The notes below the pieces were generated by a model. That model made no database searches and was not told the origin of the DNA. It worked only from the letters and a program-made list of their open reading frames with translations. Below are positions 35,992 to 50,000 of a DNA stretch of 64,000 bases, in pieces. Within the stretch, counting starts at the first letter, position 1. Every line of letters begins with the position of its first letter. Both the position numbers and the translations under genes were made by a program. The DNA is from Stylophora pistillata (taxonomy: Eukaryota), in the NCBI RefSeq assembly GCF_002571385.2, contig NW_019218423.1:1-64000 (forward strand), written 5' to 3'.

Positions 35992-37933
35992 TTGTGATGA
36001 CATCATGAACAGTTTCTTCGGTGCTTGTGGTTAAGAAAGTTGTCATCATAGATGAAAGGAATAATTAGATAGCAAAGTGCCTTGAATTGGTGAGAAACAA
36101 AAAGAACTGCTAGCTTCATGTATTGATAATTCCTAATCTACTTGTTCTTAAGAATTACAAGGATCAATGTTTAGGCGGCCTTATGCTTGTCACCGATGAA
36201 GGCCTTCGTTTGAGCGGACGCTTCTATCCTGATTTGAAAATACGCAAGAAATGCTGCTTTAAGGATTGAAGTTTTTTCTCATTCAAATGCGAAATATTTA
36301 TTTTTCACGATTTGATATGTTCAATTAAAAAAATTTCGCTATTTTAGTATCAGTAACTTTGGAAAAATAATTATATTTACGTAGACGGCGCGAGTGCGAT
36401 ATGTGCCGCTTTGTCGCTCAGTTTTGTCTATTTTTTTTCCTGTTTTGTTCACTATGAAGTGCATATTAGCTGTATCCCTTCAAAAAATGAATTCTCCACT
36501 CTTTTACCGCCAAACTTAGTTTTTGAAGTTAATGCACCTCGAGGGTAAGCGTTGCACGGCCCGCCAATTGTCAAAGTTTACTTTTAACACCCTCTAAATA
36601 TAGACCGGTAAATGATGAAAGACCTGTTTAAGTAAGTAAATAAAACAAAACACTTGACTCTGTTTGGTGGCACAAAACATGTTAGGCCCAGCAAGGGTTT
36701 CCAGAGTTACAGGACACGGACTTCAAAAGGGATTTCTCCACTGAAACTGAACAACTATTCTTAGTGGGGTACCGGCTTCAAAAGACGATCTAAATGACGC
36801 CGTGGAGGAAACAGTTCGAAGACAGTCGCCACCCTTACACCAGGCCCCTTACCTTTTAGTCCGCCCGTATGTTTGTCTGCTGAACAAAAACGAAATTTCC
36901 CAGTCACGGCCGCGCAGCAGAGCCCAGACAACTCAAATGGTCGGGACTCACGAGCGAAGTCTATGTAAACCACTATTGTGATGGAGCTTCCTAATAAAAG
37001 ATTGTTATTATTAAGTCCTAATGCCGGTGCTACTACTAACACTACCTTGTAAATTACAAGAGTTGTGTGTCTCGGTTTATAGAGTATGCACAATAATTTG
37101 ATCCTAATGGAAGATATGGGAAATTAGAAACATCAGTTATAGAGAGAACAGTGTCTGTTTATAACCAGTAAATTCCAGCGTAGTGCCGGCTTCAAAAGAC
37201 TGTCATTTTGGATCTAAATGGTATACATCTTTGCTTTCGTAAAATAGAAATACACCCCTTATCGACATCGCTCGAACGTGGACCGGTTCTCAATTTGTCA
37301 GTGCCTATAGATGTCTGCAAGCACCACGCCGACAACGATTGTGACTATATAAGCTGTGTGACGGCACTAAAACCTCCATTTCTCGTTTTGTAAGACAAAC
37401 ACCTGGTGTAATGTGTCTACATACAATAACTATAATAACTAATTTATTAGCTAACACTTGTAACATAAACTACTTGTGTAGTGAGTGTATTCATCCACCA
37501 ACAGTTATAATGATATATATCTGGGAAATGTCCTGATAAAGTGTGTGCAGGCATCTGATCACAATTCTAACTATTTCATCAAGCAATGTAACAATTTTAG
37601 TACTAATTCCTTACTCATTTACAGTTGCGTTTGCTCTGGTTAACGTAATGGAAACACGCTGTTTGACTGAGTATCAGCAAGAACTGAAACCAAAATACGG
37701 CTGTAACCACAATGGCTAATCAGTCCAAAGACTGAGGAACAAAGACGCAGAAGTACTCAACGTAATCAAGCACAAGAAAGGGTGATCGATAACATCACAC
37801 TTGGTTTAAGTTGTACATCTAATTTGGAAAAAAAAAGTGGTGCGAGCTATCTGGATCAATCACAGAATGAAATGAAGCAAAAGCACCGCAATCCTAGATT
37901 TATTTCCTCAAGAAACTGAAAGTTGCTCCGTAG

Positions 37934-40900
37934 TCAGGGCTGGGTTGCAAGTCTTATCAGCAGTTTAAGTCCCGCGGGACGGACCGTCAGCATTGGCACG
38001 GCTTCAACTTTACACTCGGGAGCCTCACTGACCGAAAATTTCTTCAACAAAGTCGCCAATATCACCTTCATTTCCATCAAGGCAAATTTGTATCCAATGC
38101 ACATGCGCGAGCCCACCCCAAATGGAATGTGTGTGTAAGGCTTTACACCTGCTCGGTCCTCTGAAAACGAGAAAAGAAAACTTAAGGACTTAACAGAGGA
38201 CTCAACACATGACAAGGTCTCAACCAAAAGCCTCAGTTATAAAGCCATCAATAAAACTAATACCTTTCTCATCGAATCTTTCAGGATCAAAGTCGTCAGG
38301 ATTTGGCCAAAATTTGGAAGTTCGCTGTAATTCATCAATGGGCAATATTATAACTGTATCCTTGGGAATCAGATATCCCCCGATAGTGATATCTTCAATT
38401 GGAGCACGGCCAGTCACATTAGCAGGGGGGTGGCGCCGCAGCGCTTCTTTAATGACTTTTTCAAGGTACGTGAGCCGTTCAACTGCATCCCATGTCATCT
38501 CAGTTCCACCACGTAACACAGAGTTTATTTCTTCTCTCAGTTCAACTTGGATTTGAGGCTTCTTTGCCAGCTCATAGAGGGTCCAGGCAAGAGCAACACT
38601 AGTTGTCTCGTGACCAGCCACCATAAAGGTGAACACCTTAAAAAGGAAAAAAAAAACAGTTGAAAAGATTTATAAAGATAATAAAATGACCTATATTACC
38701 GACCTATATTACCAACAACAATTCCAATCTCAAACCTTGCAATGTAGATGAAGAGAACCTGCAGGGTTTATGCTAGAAATTCAGGCCAAAGAGTGCACAG
38801 TCAGGGACCCCTTTTTCGATTTTAGGGATAACAACAACAACAACAACAATCTTTATTTATTCTAAATTCTAATGAGAAAGGCATTTGAAACAGTTAAAGA
38901 GGCTATTAAGCAGCTCTCATATTATTCTTGTTGACAAGTATGTTTTTACATACTTTAATTATTTTTAAAAAATGGTTTAAGAAAAAGGAATTAATTACTG
39001 GACACAATACTTTTGATGCTTATTTGTAACTTTATGTTTTTTTAGGTCACTTCAATACCGGCTCCCAATGAGAGAGAGTTATTTCATTCCATTCATCATG
39101 AAAATGGTGCAATAACCTCAATCTGCAATTCAGTATTGTCCAATAATTCAAGGAATGTAATTTCTGCACCTGACTCCTCAACTCCTCATCGTCCATGACT
39201 GAATTTGTTTCCTGATCATACATGTCCATCAGAACATCTAGAAGATCTTTTTTCTCTCTCACAATTCCAGCTTTTTTCTCTTTGCGACGCTCTTTGATCA
39301 CCTTTTGAAGAGAAAAAGGAAAAAGACTTGATACTCCTAGTAATTTTACAAAAAAATTTAACTGTTTCTTTGCCTGCCTAATTAACAAGAGAATTGGGCT
39401 GACTGAGGTAAAAAAAAAAAAAAAAAAGGAAATGATTTACTCGTTAGGGTTGTGCAGTTTTCTAGTGATATCTATTGCTTGAACAAAGAAATTAAACATA
39501 CATTAATTTCATTATTTGAAGAAAAATTTGCAAGCTCCAGGAGCTATTATTTGAGGCAGGCATTTTGTAATTTATTCCCTTTAAAATAACATTAAGATGA
39601 CAGAAAAGCATTGTTTTCGTCTTTAATATTTTGTATATATCCTATTATTTAAAAATAAGGAGTGTTGGTGCACCCTAAATTAGCTAACTCTGGGGTGGTA
39701 AGCAAACTACTCAGCTCTAGGATGCAAAAGATCAACAATATTTCGTGATGGTATGATATTTGGCTATATGGTCTTAAAAGAAGTAACCTGTTTAGGTCTA
39801 GTCACATAGTGCCTGTAAAACTTTTCCAATCTTGTTTATTATAGGTACTCTTAACCGGTATGTCAGTCGAGAGTCAGTCGATACTCAACAGATACATTGC
39901 AATACTCTGTTGACACTCAGTCGACAGTCAGTTGATAGTTAATAGATGGTAGGTTGACAACCAGGTGATAGTTGGTTGATATAGCGACCAACTATTGGCT
40001 CAGTGTCAGTTGCTATGTGGGCCAACATACCTATTTGCTGATATATCAACTGACTATTGACAGTGTTGACGGACATATCAGTTGAGCATCAACCAACCCT
40101 CAAGTGATATATCTTTTGATGTTCCGGCCCAGAATACCTACAATAAACATGATCCAACTTTTCAACAAAAGGAAAATTTGGCCCTCTCGGGATCACTTAG
40201 GGTGGTCTTGTCACAAAATGGGTTTGGTTTGAGCTTTCCATCAAATGTGAAATTTTCCAAGAACTATAATACCAGCATTTTTAATTTACGTATATGTGCA
40301 CGATCCTTCGCAGTAAAGCACTATTTAAGCAATAGTGAAAATCAGACCTGAAAAAAATTTCAGGCCTGTACGGGATCCTCTGCGATACTAGAGCGCTGCA
40401 CTAGTATCGCAGAGGTCAGTGGTTCAAATCCCGTACAGGCCTGAATTTTTTTTTTCAGGTCTGATTTTCACTATTGCTTAAATAGTGCTTTACTGCGAAG
40501 GATCGTGCACATATACGTTTCATAACCGCAGTTCATATATATGTATTTCATATGTTTGTTGTTTGATTTTTAATTTAAGAAATAATAAGGGAATGTTCAT
40601 GAAAATTAAAGTAATTATGTGGCAAGACTCACAAGTACTGTGAAATTGAAAGTGAAAATAAAAACCCTGTAATATATTCACAGGATAATGAAAAGTTGAG
40701 CAATGATAGTCTCCAGGAGTTCTACTCATATCCACTGGGAAGTAGGGCAGGGATTTCAATAAGAAATTGCTCAAAGCAAATGGGCACCACTCTTTCCTAT
40801 TTAAAGTCACCAGTGTGCCAATATTTTTCAACAATATGCTTTATATTGATAAAAATACATTATTTTTTGCCAATTAATCATTCATGTTGAGTGGTATACT

Positions 40901-43900
40901 TTAAAAAAATCCTTAATACAATTTTTGAAAGGGGACTTATTTATTGCATCCAATAATAAGGATGTTCTTAAATTTGTTAAGCAGTGGAAAAATTGCACTT
41001 TCTCTTGCTCCACAAATAGAACTCTTTCAAGATTTTTATACGAACTGTTCCCCGTCACATGTTTATTAATCTTGTTGGATAATTTTAATTGATGTAGCCT
41101 CAAAGGCTACAGATAGGGTTAACCAGATCAAATTCACCTCTACCTTGAAACAAAAAACTGTGTATTAATTGAAGCAGCTCTAGGCAACCATTTTATACTT
41201 ACATCTAATACTGTATTGTCAGCTATCTCCTTAGCAGTCTTAATTCTCCTGTTTTCACTTGTTGGTAGGTACTCAAAAAAGGGAATAAAGGTCTTCCCGA
41301 TGAGTTGTCTAAAACTCATTCCACTAATGACCATATCCACTGCTTCAGAAACTTTGCTCTCCCCTGCTAAGACAGTGTTAAAGTTGTAACCAAATGCAGA
41401 TTGACCGATCACATCCAGAGTTAAATGTGTCAAATCATCATGAACTTCAACAGGATCTTTCAGCTTGGTTGACCATAGCTGGAAGTAGAAGAAAATCACA
41501 TGAAAGTTGGAGGATAATGATTATTAGATATTAAAACAAAGGCTTAAGCAACTTTCAATTGTGTTCAACAAGAAGGCATACATGATAAATCTTTTATATG
41601 GAGGGGGGCATTGGGGCCTCTGGGAAACCACAAAACCAGAGGAAAAAACCTCCAAAACCGAAAAACCGACAAAAGAAGGCAGCATAACTGAAAACCGCAT
41701 GCAAACCTGATAAAACCGCTACATTTTCACCTTTAAAGGGGTCGAAAAGGAGAAACCGAAAACCGCGTCAGAGTTTTCATGAAAACTGAAAACCAAATGC
41801 AAAAACACGTAAAATCCGCAAACTGCTCTGACCATCAAAACCGAAAAACCAAACCTTTTTGGCCGAAAAACCGATTCAAAAAACAGTCAAAACCACAAAA
41901 CCGAAAATCCCAAAGCCCCCCTCTATATACCATGTACATGTTTGTCTAAAGAATCTAAAAACATACGTTATTAACAATCATAATTTAAAGTATATTAGCT
42001 TGTTGAAAAAAAAATTATGCTTAATCACTCACCTTAACAAGGTTATCAACATTTTCTATGAAGATTCCCAAAAATCCTTTCAAGTACTTGGAAGTAAATG
42101 CAGGACCAATCATTCTTTTTTGTCGAGCATGTGCCTTGCCATTGGATGCAAACAAGCCAGTGCTTATACTTGGAATATTTCTTGCGACAAAGTCAGGTCT
42201 GTAAAATTTATGGCTATTGCTAGCCACGAACTTGATGAGCTCAGGATCAGGTATATGTAGTAAATAGCCATCTACAGTATAGTCAAATAACAAGAATTAA
42301 ATTCAATCTTCTTAACATTTTTTCTCATGATGTTACATCATTTCTGATACAGATTGCAATGTCACCACCATGTTGAGTAACTGCTAAGTAATGATGTAAC
42401 TGCTAAGTAGTATGTAATTCATTTGATAATCATATGATATCCAATGGTATATTCTTACAGATAGACAATGGGGATTTAGGAAGGGCTACTCAACGGAGAG
42501 CCTCCTCCTTCATCTCACTGAGTACTGGGGGAGTGCCCTGGATAGAGGCCATAAGGTTGGAGTCTTATTCATTGATTTCCGCAAAGCTTTTGATTGTGTC
42601 GACCACAGTATTGTTACTGAGAAACTCAAGACTGCTGGCTTGGTAGGTGATATGTGGAAATGGATCAATGACTATCTCTCCAACCGTGTGCAAGGGACTA
42701 GTGTAAGTGGGTCTAGATCTGATAGAATCCCCATTAGAGCTGGGGTCCCTCAGGGATCCTTACTGGGACCAAGACTGTTTGCATCTTATGTTAATGACCT
42801 CCCTGAATCTATTACCAGTGGAGAAGTCTATATGCATGCTGACAACACCACAATATATGTAGTAGGGAATACTGTTGATGACATAACAACAGTGTTACAG
42901 GCTGTTTGGACCAGGTTAATTCCTGGTGTCTTAGTAACAGACTGATTCTACATGAAGGTAAATCCGAGGCAATGGTCTTAAGTACCACCCCCTTCATAGG
43001 TCCTTTGAAACAGCTGAAGCGGGGTGCGGACACCATTTGGTATGTGTCCTCCACCAATTTCCTTGGGGTTACAATTGATGGTAAACTCCGTCTTGGTCTC
43101 AGCATGTTGCATTGGCTAGATCTGCATTTAATGCCATAAATTTCCTATCTACATCTATCTTGGAGACTTTTTACTATAGGATAGTTATTCCAAGTGTTCT
43201 GTATGGAATTGTGAATTGTGGGTCTGGACCCAAGCTTAAAGATCTAGAAATGATTCACATCAGGGCTGCTAGGCTGATTCATAAGTTACCAAATAGTTTT
43301 AAGGATAGTGATGTACTTTCTAAGGTTGGTTGGATGCCTTTAGCGTATTTTTATAAGCTCCATATCTTAACTATTACATATAATGCTTATTATAATTTAG
43401 GGCTGCGGGAAATTAATTGTTTGGTGACCAAGAACTCTAACAGCTATAACCTAAGGAAATCCCTGAATGTTGTACTTGTGATAGGCCCAAAACCGAACTG
43501 GGTCATAGGTCCTTTACACATGCAGATCTAAGAGCTGCAGTAGCATGGAATGCGCTACCAGATAATCTTAAAGATTCTCCAAATTTATCTATTTTTAAAT
43601 ATGACTTAAAACAATCCTAGCAAACTGTCATGAATATTAATTTTGAAAAGGGAGGTAATGTTGTATAAAACATGAAACCAAATTTTCACTATTACTAAAA
43701 TTTTATGGTTTACTTAATTTATTCAAGTTATAAATTGTATCATATTTGTATTTTAAATAATTATAGACTAATTACTTTAGGCAGGTCCACATCAGCTGTA
43801 AAGTTGCATACATTTTGAACCTGCTTTATCGAATAAAGTTATGTATGTAAGATTGGTTGGTTTTTCTGTTATTTTAATCTCTCATGAAGCCATATCTTCC

Positions 43901-44443
43901 CATGACTTTTAACCCCTTGACAGTGAACTCACTCTGCGTTGCCATTACTGAGTTCAGTGATGGAAGTATTCAGGCCATATCTGAGTGACCCTGGAGGTGA
44001 CCACACATTCAATGATGATACATTATAGGGCGCATTTCGACCAGGGCGTAGGGAAATTAAGTCTTAAATGTCATTTTGAACAATGCGTGATTCGGGTATG
44101 CATGATTAAATTATCTATTCACGCTAAAACATGACCACAGAAGTTTGGTAATGTATCACATTACTGCTGCCTCTTGTATTTCAAATTACGCACCTTTCCC
44201 AACTCCATAACCTAGATGAACGACGAACATCGGTCCATGTTTTTCACTCCAAGAGCGTAGCACTTCCAGTTGATTAGATTGGAGGAAAGTTAAAACATGG
44301 CCGATCAATGGCCACCTGCCTGGAGGGCTTGGAATCTTCTGTAGCGGAGACAACTTCTCTTCCACGAATTTATATGTAAGCCATAATATCAATGCTGCGA
44401 ATGGCAACAGCAAAATAGAGCCAACATTAAGTGAAAACTCCAT
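37934..44443 (-). CDS. Cytochrome P450 (microsomal, clan 3/4-like), 498 aa, 6 exons
   Basis: Exons 44443-44194, 42271-42033, 41478-41203, 39301-39170, 38636-38264, 38160-37934 (1497 nt, frame continuous). N-terminal TM plus PSPPG, AGHETTS, EALR, PERF, heme motif FGVGSRMCIG. Confidence 0.95.
39855..40095. repeat. Degenerate repeat with CAGTCGA/TCAAC subrepeats (probable MITE remnant)
   Basis: Repeated TCAGTCGA/GTTGA motifs in P450 intron 3. Confidence 0.4.
40288..40567. mobile_element. Palindromic tRNA-derived SINE-like repeat
   Basis: 40288-40391 is the near-perfect reverse complement of ~40400-40518 (one internal deletion); the plus copy has B box GGTTCAAATCC; same family as 1555-2066. Confidence 0.88.
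41595..41928. mobile_element. MITE with GAGGGGGGC TIRs and internal (AAAACCG)n subrepeats
   Basis: TATATGGAGGGGGGCATTGGG...CCCAAAGCCCCCCTCTATAT. Confidence 0.75.
42440..43849 (+). mobile_element. 5'-truncated, frameshifted L2/CR1-type LINE (RT domain plus 3' end) in P450 intron 1
   Basis: IDFRKAFD, WINDYLSNRVQ, GVPQGSLLGPRLF, HADNTT (YADD-like), 3' stem GCAGGT..ACCTGC, AATAAA plus (ATGT) tail. Confidence 0.92.
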
Positions 44444-45655
44444 ATTTAAGTGATTGCGTGCGCTTTACTTCGATGTTGGTATTAGTTTGCAGTGTCATGA
44501 GCTTGTGAAACTAATAAGTTGCACAATTGGTGTAGTTTTGTTTGTTGTTGATATTGATCAGGGGTGGGGTCAGCTGGCCTGACATAAACTTTAGGCGTTA
44601 TCCTTTTTCATCATCCATATATTTTTTTAATATATAGTTATGTATTTTGAGAGGAACAGGAGCTATGAGTTTGTTATCCATCAGAATTAAGCTGTAAATT
44701 ATTATTTATGAAGTTTCATTTGTGATACCATCAGTCTTACATGATAATGGAGCTACTCTTGTAGACGTCATGCATTATGCGGTGCTTGCGTGACTTGATT
44801 ATTACTTCCAAATGTTGTAATGACTTTTTGGAGTAATTAAGAACTGAGAACACAATCCTTTTTCGTTCGTTGTACTCCCGCGGTAATCCGGGTCAGGATG
44901 AGTGGCTATGCGATTTGAGTTGCACTCAAATCCTTCATTCTCTAAAGCAAAGTGTCTTTGGGGTCATTAAACATAACGGTTGCGTGACTAAGCATTACAT
45001 CGCAATGCTTTCCATATTATATTGACTCTAATAACTTCAGTCAGAGTCAGTGTTATGACAGTCAGGGGGAGGGGGGACTAAAGTGAGCCAACAAAGCAGG
45101 GGAAAATGGGCAGGCTCAGCACAACGAGTTTCTTTCAAAATAGTATGGGAGGGGCTATAGGCCCCCTTGCCCCTCCCTCTGCGCTGCCCCTGTTAACTGT
45201 TATTTGTTGTTTCGACTGTACTGTACTGAATAACACATAGCTTTTTATCTACTAGCGCTTTATCGCTCTTATCGACTCTTGTCGCCATCTGTTCTCTGAC
45301 AGACAGTGAGAAAAGGGGGTAGCCTAACAGTAGGTTTGTTGTAATAAAACACAATGGAATAAAAACACGGATCTGCCTTGTCGTTAAGAATTGAACTATA
45401 CAAGTGGATTAATACGAGGACAAGTAAATTACTTGCATCTCGACTTCTATACATGATAGTTAACGCAAGGTTTGCCTTCATCGAATATTGCATGATCAAA
45501 GTCTCAGGAGCTTATAACGGTTAATGCTAAAAAAACATATGTTCAAGGAGACATCAGCAGAAAAGCATCGACCCAAATACCAGGAGATAGGCAGCTAAAT
45601 CGGAGCTCTTGTGGGAAGGAAATTGCATTAGAGATTGGCCTGTTTGGGGAGGGCG

Positions 45656-45821
45656 TAGGCCATTTCCGAATTACCTTTGACCTCTTTTTCAAAACGAGGC
45701 CTGGTGCTCAACCATTCTTGTGAAAATGAGTTTAATTTACAAGTGAATAAAGACTTTTTATCATATGAAAGGATGAGCACCTGGACTCGCTTTGAAAAAG
45801 AGGCAATTCGGAATTGGGCTA
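45656..45821. mobile_element. Short palindromic MITE
   Basis: TAGGCCATTTCCGAATTACC..CCTCTTTTTCAAA versus TTTGAAAAAGAGGCAATTCGGAATTGGGCTA. Confidence 0.7.
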
Positions 45822-47029
45822 TTACCCTAATCCCCGATTAGAGGCAGAGGAGAAAACTGAAAGCAGTAGTTAGTGTGTACCCTCGTGCCAGGCAAAGGAA
45901 TCCATTTTTCCCGTCTATCAATGTCTCGTAAGAGTGGGATTACTCAATCGCAGCGTCTGCTGCAGGAGAGGTAACAACTCCTAATAAGGCGAAGGTCGAA
46001 GTCCACTGCTATCAAAAACAATGCGGTGCAGAATAAAAGCAGGGTTGAAGAGGATGTAGTGTGTATGGTCCTAATTAGTGATTGGAAACTCTCAGCAAAA
46101 AAAAACAACCCGTGTTTGTATAAAAACAATATGGGTGGTGCCGGCTTTGACAAACTTTATCTCACTTCAGGGTTTGCATCGCTCGGCTTTCGTGAGATAA
46201 CAACAAAATTTTTCGATTGAAAAATACATTAAATATAAGGCTAAATTTACTACTGAAGTAAACCTTTTGCTATTATCAAATTGTCCGTTTTGTTTGTCTG
46301 TTTTTTTAAGGGGGGGGGGAGGGGGGAAATTGGTGCAGGTGGCTATAAAATGAGTATATTTGGAAAATTAGAGACTGGTTTCCCAGTCCTGTAAGATTCC
46401 TCAGTCGAGATTCAGAGACGGTTCGTACATAAAGTAAGTTCCGTTTGACAGTTAAAATTGAGCTGCTGTGTTGACGGTTAAGAATAAAAATTTGTCCTTT
46501 GTATAGGCCGTTTGACAACCGAACGTTTGACCCCGTTGAGATCCTCCAACAGCATTGACTGGACGACTGTGTAACTTAAGGCACGTGGTACGAGCTCTCC
46601 ACTTCTTCCTCCTCTATGGTCATTTGAATGTGATTAAGATGAGTTCACGTTTTAAGTTATCTTTTAATATCTCTGAACACCTATGATGAAACAACTTGTG
46701 AATAAAAATAGCTCGCGTTTGCCAACCATGAAGTATTCTGTATCCACTGATTACTGATGTGTCGTATTTGCCGCAGCTTTTAATTACGGTAAACTAAAAT
46801 GGCACCAGGTGTTTATTGTTGTCACCCTTTCTTAATCTAGTTAGGGGGGGGGGGGTCCAAAAAGGGGTCCAGAAGGGGGGTTCACGTTTTGTACCGTCCC
46901 CAAATTTTCTGCAACAGTACCTGATTGGTGCAAGATACGTTATAATAGCGCTTGCGTAAATCATCATGACACCGCAATTTTATCAAATTTTGAACTATAG
47001 TTTCTCGATTTTCAGTGTGGACTAGTATA

Positions 47030-50000
47030 ATGATATCGTCTTTAATTGGCGTTGTTTTTGTGGCATGGCTCGTGTACAAGTTGTTTAAAGACGAGTTTAC
47101 TTCTTTCGGAAAAATTCCCAAACCTGGCGGATCTTTTCCGGTATTTGGTCATGCGTTGACATTTTTACGGCAGGAAAACCATACGAAATTGCTGCAGGAT
47201 TGGAGTGAAAAATACGGACCAATTATCCGTTATAGTCGAGGTTTTGGTAGGTACCTTGCTTGAAAGTTTTTTAGAATTATCCACTGCATCCTATTACAAT
47301 TATTATAAAGGGATCAACAAGGCCCTTTTCTTGAGCACCACAATATACCCTCAGGCTGGTGAACACTGTCTTGATGTGTTGAGATCACCGAATTTTGACA
47401 AGTTGTCACTTTTCTCACCTTCATTAGAACATGTCGAGCCGCTAGCTTGTATATTTTGGCCAAATCATTTCTGAGTGATTTGGGATCGCCTGCACGAGTG
47501 ACCTTTGGAGATTTCAAACTTGAAGGATTTGTATTATATTTGCTTCAGCCCCCACTTTCAAATTTATCGATCGAACTAATTTGACCCACCTGGTACCTTT
47601 TTCTTCTAACTCCCTGTTTTTAAGAGATCGTAACATCATTGAACCCGTTCGACTAAAAATCAAGAACTGAACCGATGATCGACCTAACTGCAAAATGATA
47701 TAGAGGCATTAATTTTTTACAACTTAATCACGATCGAGAGATAATCGTTGATCTAAACACGTCATTACCAACAACAAACTCTTTCTCACAGTACAGGTTC
47801 ATCAGTAGCCTCAGCAATCAATTATTTGTGCACTCTTACATTTTAGTACACTTGACCCAAGGAGTGAAAAATTTCAATGGCACTTTTTAGTTGACCTTAC
47901 CTCTCCCTTTGGCTCTGTCTTAAGACCTAAGTTTGTTTAAAGTTCATATAATCAGACCATTACTCATTGCTGGTGTATATTGTGGTAAATAAGGGAGAAA
48001 CTAACTACAATTTGATTTAAATCGATTTTATCCTCCAAAAGTTCGTTTCCGTAAAGGAAGCCTGAAAGATCTCTGTATTCATTAACTTCCCTCTCAATTC
48101 AGGAGGATTGGCAAATAAAAAAAAAATCTATAAACCCATTTAAAATTTCCTGTTTATTGAAAAAAGTAAATTTATAAATAAAGATTACCTCCAGGATATC
48201 AAGCAGTGATCAAGAAAACTCTACAAATTTAAGTAACATCCCTTCCACCAGTTGTGTTAAGTGGCCATCTGAAAGTATTCATGAACTAATACATTCTTGG
48301 GTTGTTGAAATTTTTTTATGTTTACATCATGTACACCTTTTAATTAAATCATTTCTTCTAGGGAACTCCAGAATCCTCTTGTCAGATCCTGAGCTGATCA
48401 AATATGTCTTGGTGACAAATGCAATGAACTACAGACGCTCAGAGTTTGTGCAACAAATTATACCCAGCATTGGCAATGGTTTATTTTCCTCCAATGGGAA
48501 GGATCATGCATTTCAACGGAAATTGATCACCCCAGCATTTCATTTTAACAACTTAATTGGAATGGTTGAACATTTTAAGGATGTTGCTCAGGATTTAGTA
48601 CAGGTGAATCTGAATTTTACATGTTGAACTTAACATCTTGAATGAAAAGATCCATCGATAACAGCTTTACAGGCCTGTCAAGTTACCATGACTTTTGAGA
48701 AATGGGGCCTTTGTCTGAGAACAGGTTTGGACTTTAAAGGCTAGTTCTGAAAAAGGGACAAGGGAAATCACATTAATTTTATTGATTTTTAAACTGGGGT
48801 CTGGATTTGGGGAAACTTGGGAAGTACCCCCATCTGAGACTGAATTGTAAGGAGTACCCAGCTTCTGCTGGGTTCCGAGGATAAGTGTGGTATGTCCCTG
48901 CTTAATAAGACACCACCTTTATATCAAACCCTTGGCATTGTATCTGGTGATATATCACCATCTCATTGGCTTGAGGTTAGTTTGATAATCAAACCTTGTT
49001 TCCAGAAGACTCAGCATTTGTCTTCCAAGCAGCTCTTGTTTGATGGCCGTGAAGTTAGGCAGATCGGAAAAACAGTGACTTTTCAATTCTGACAGGTATA
49101 ACGTATTATTTAGCCAATGTACGGTTGCGAATTATTGACATTTGTGACAAGCTGTAGGCGCAGAAGAAAATTTAGTGGTGAACAATAAAAACAATAGAGT
49201 GTTTATGTCTCAGAACTATCGGTCTGATAGTTCCTCGACAGAAACACTCTATTGTTTTAAATGGTGATCAATTAGTACTAATCCCTATCACAGTAAAAAT
49301 GTTGCTGAAATGGCTGTTGCATATCCTAGAACTTCCTTCTAGTGTGAATATTCTTTAGAGATGTGATGAAAGGTCTTGAATGCTTTTTTGCAGCTTTGGA
49401 CAGAACAGGTAAACAGCTCAAATAAAGGAGTCTCCGAGGCTTCCATCTCTACAGATTTGAGTCATCTTACATTGGATATCATCGGGAGATGCGCCTTTGG
49501 GTATAATTTTGACACAGTGCTGTCAGGGGAAAGTGAAGTCTCGACTGCATTCTCTGAAGTTGTTTTAGGAATCAATTTTGCCCGAGTGATGAGACAGAAT
49601 CTTATTCCATTTTACAAATATCTTCCATTTTCTGACAATGTAAGGGCAAGAAAATGTCTGGAACTGACAGATGAAACTGTTCTAGAGGTAAGGTGTGGCT
49701 GAATTTATTACCTTTAAACTTGAAAGACATATGCAGGCACTCTTTGAGAATCAAAATAATCTACTGAGTCATAAATTGTACATATCTAAGTTTATGACTA
49801 CCATGTACTGACAAATAAAACATGGGAAACTTGGACACATGTATAATGTTAATCAAGATGAATGAGTGTCAGAAGCCTCAACCAATGGCAAATACCTAAT
49901 GCAAGATAACTGCAATTGATAATAATTATAATTATTATATTTAGTACTAGTTATGCTTTTAGTGATAATTTTAAACAATTGAGGATTGTGAAACAACACT

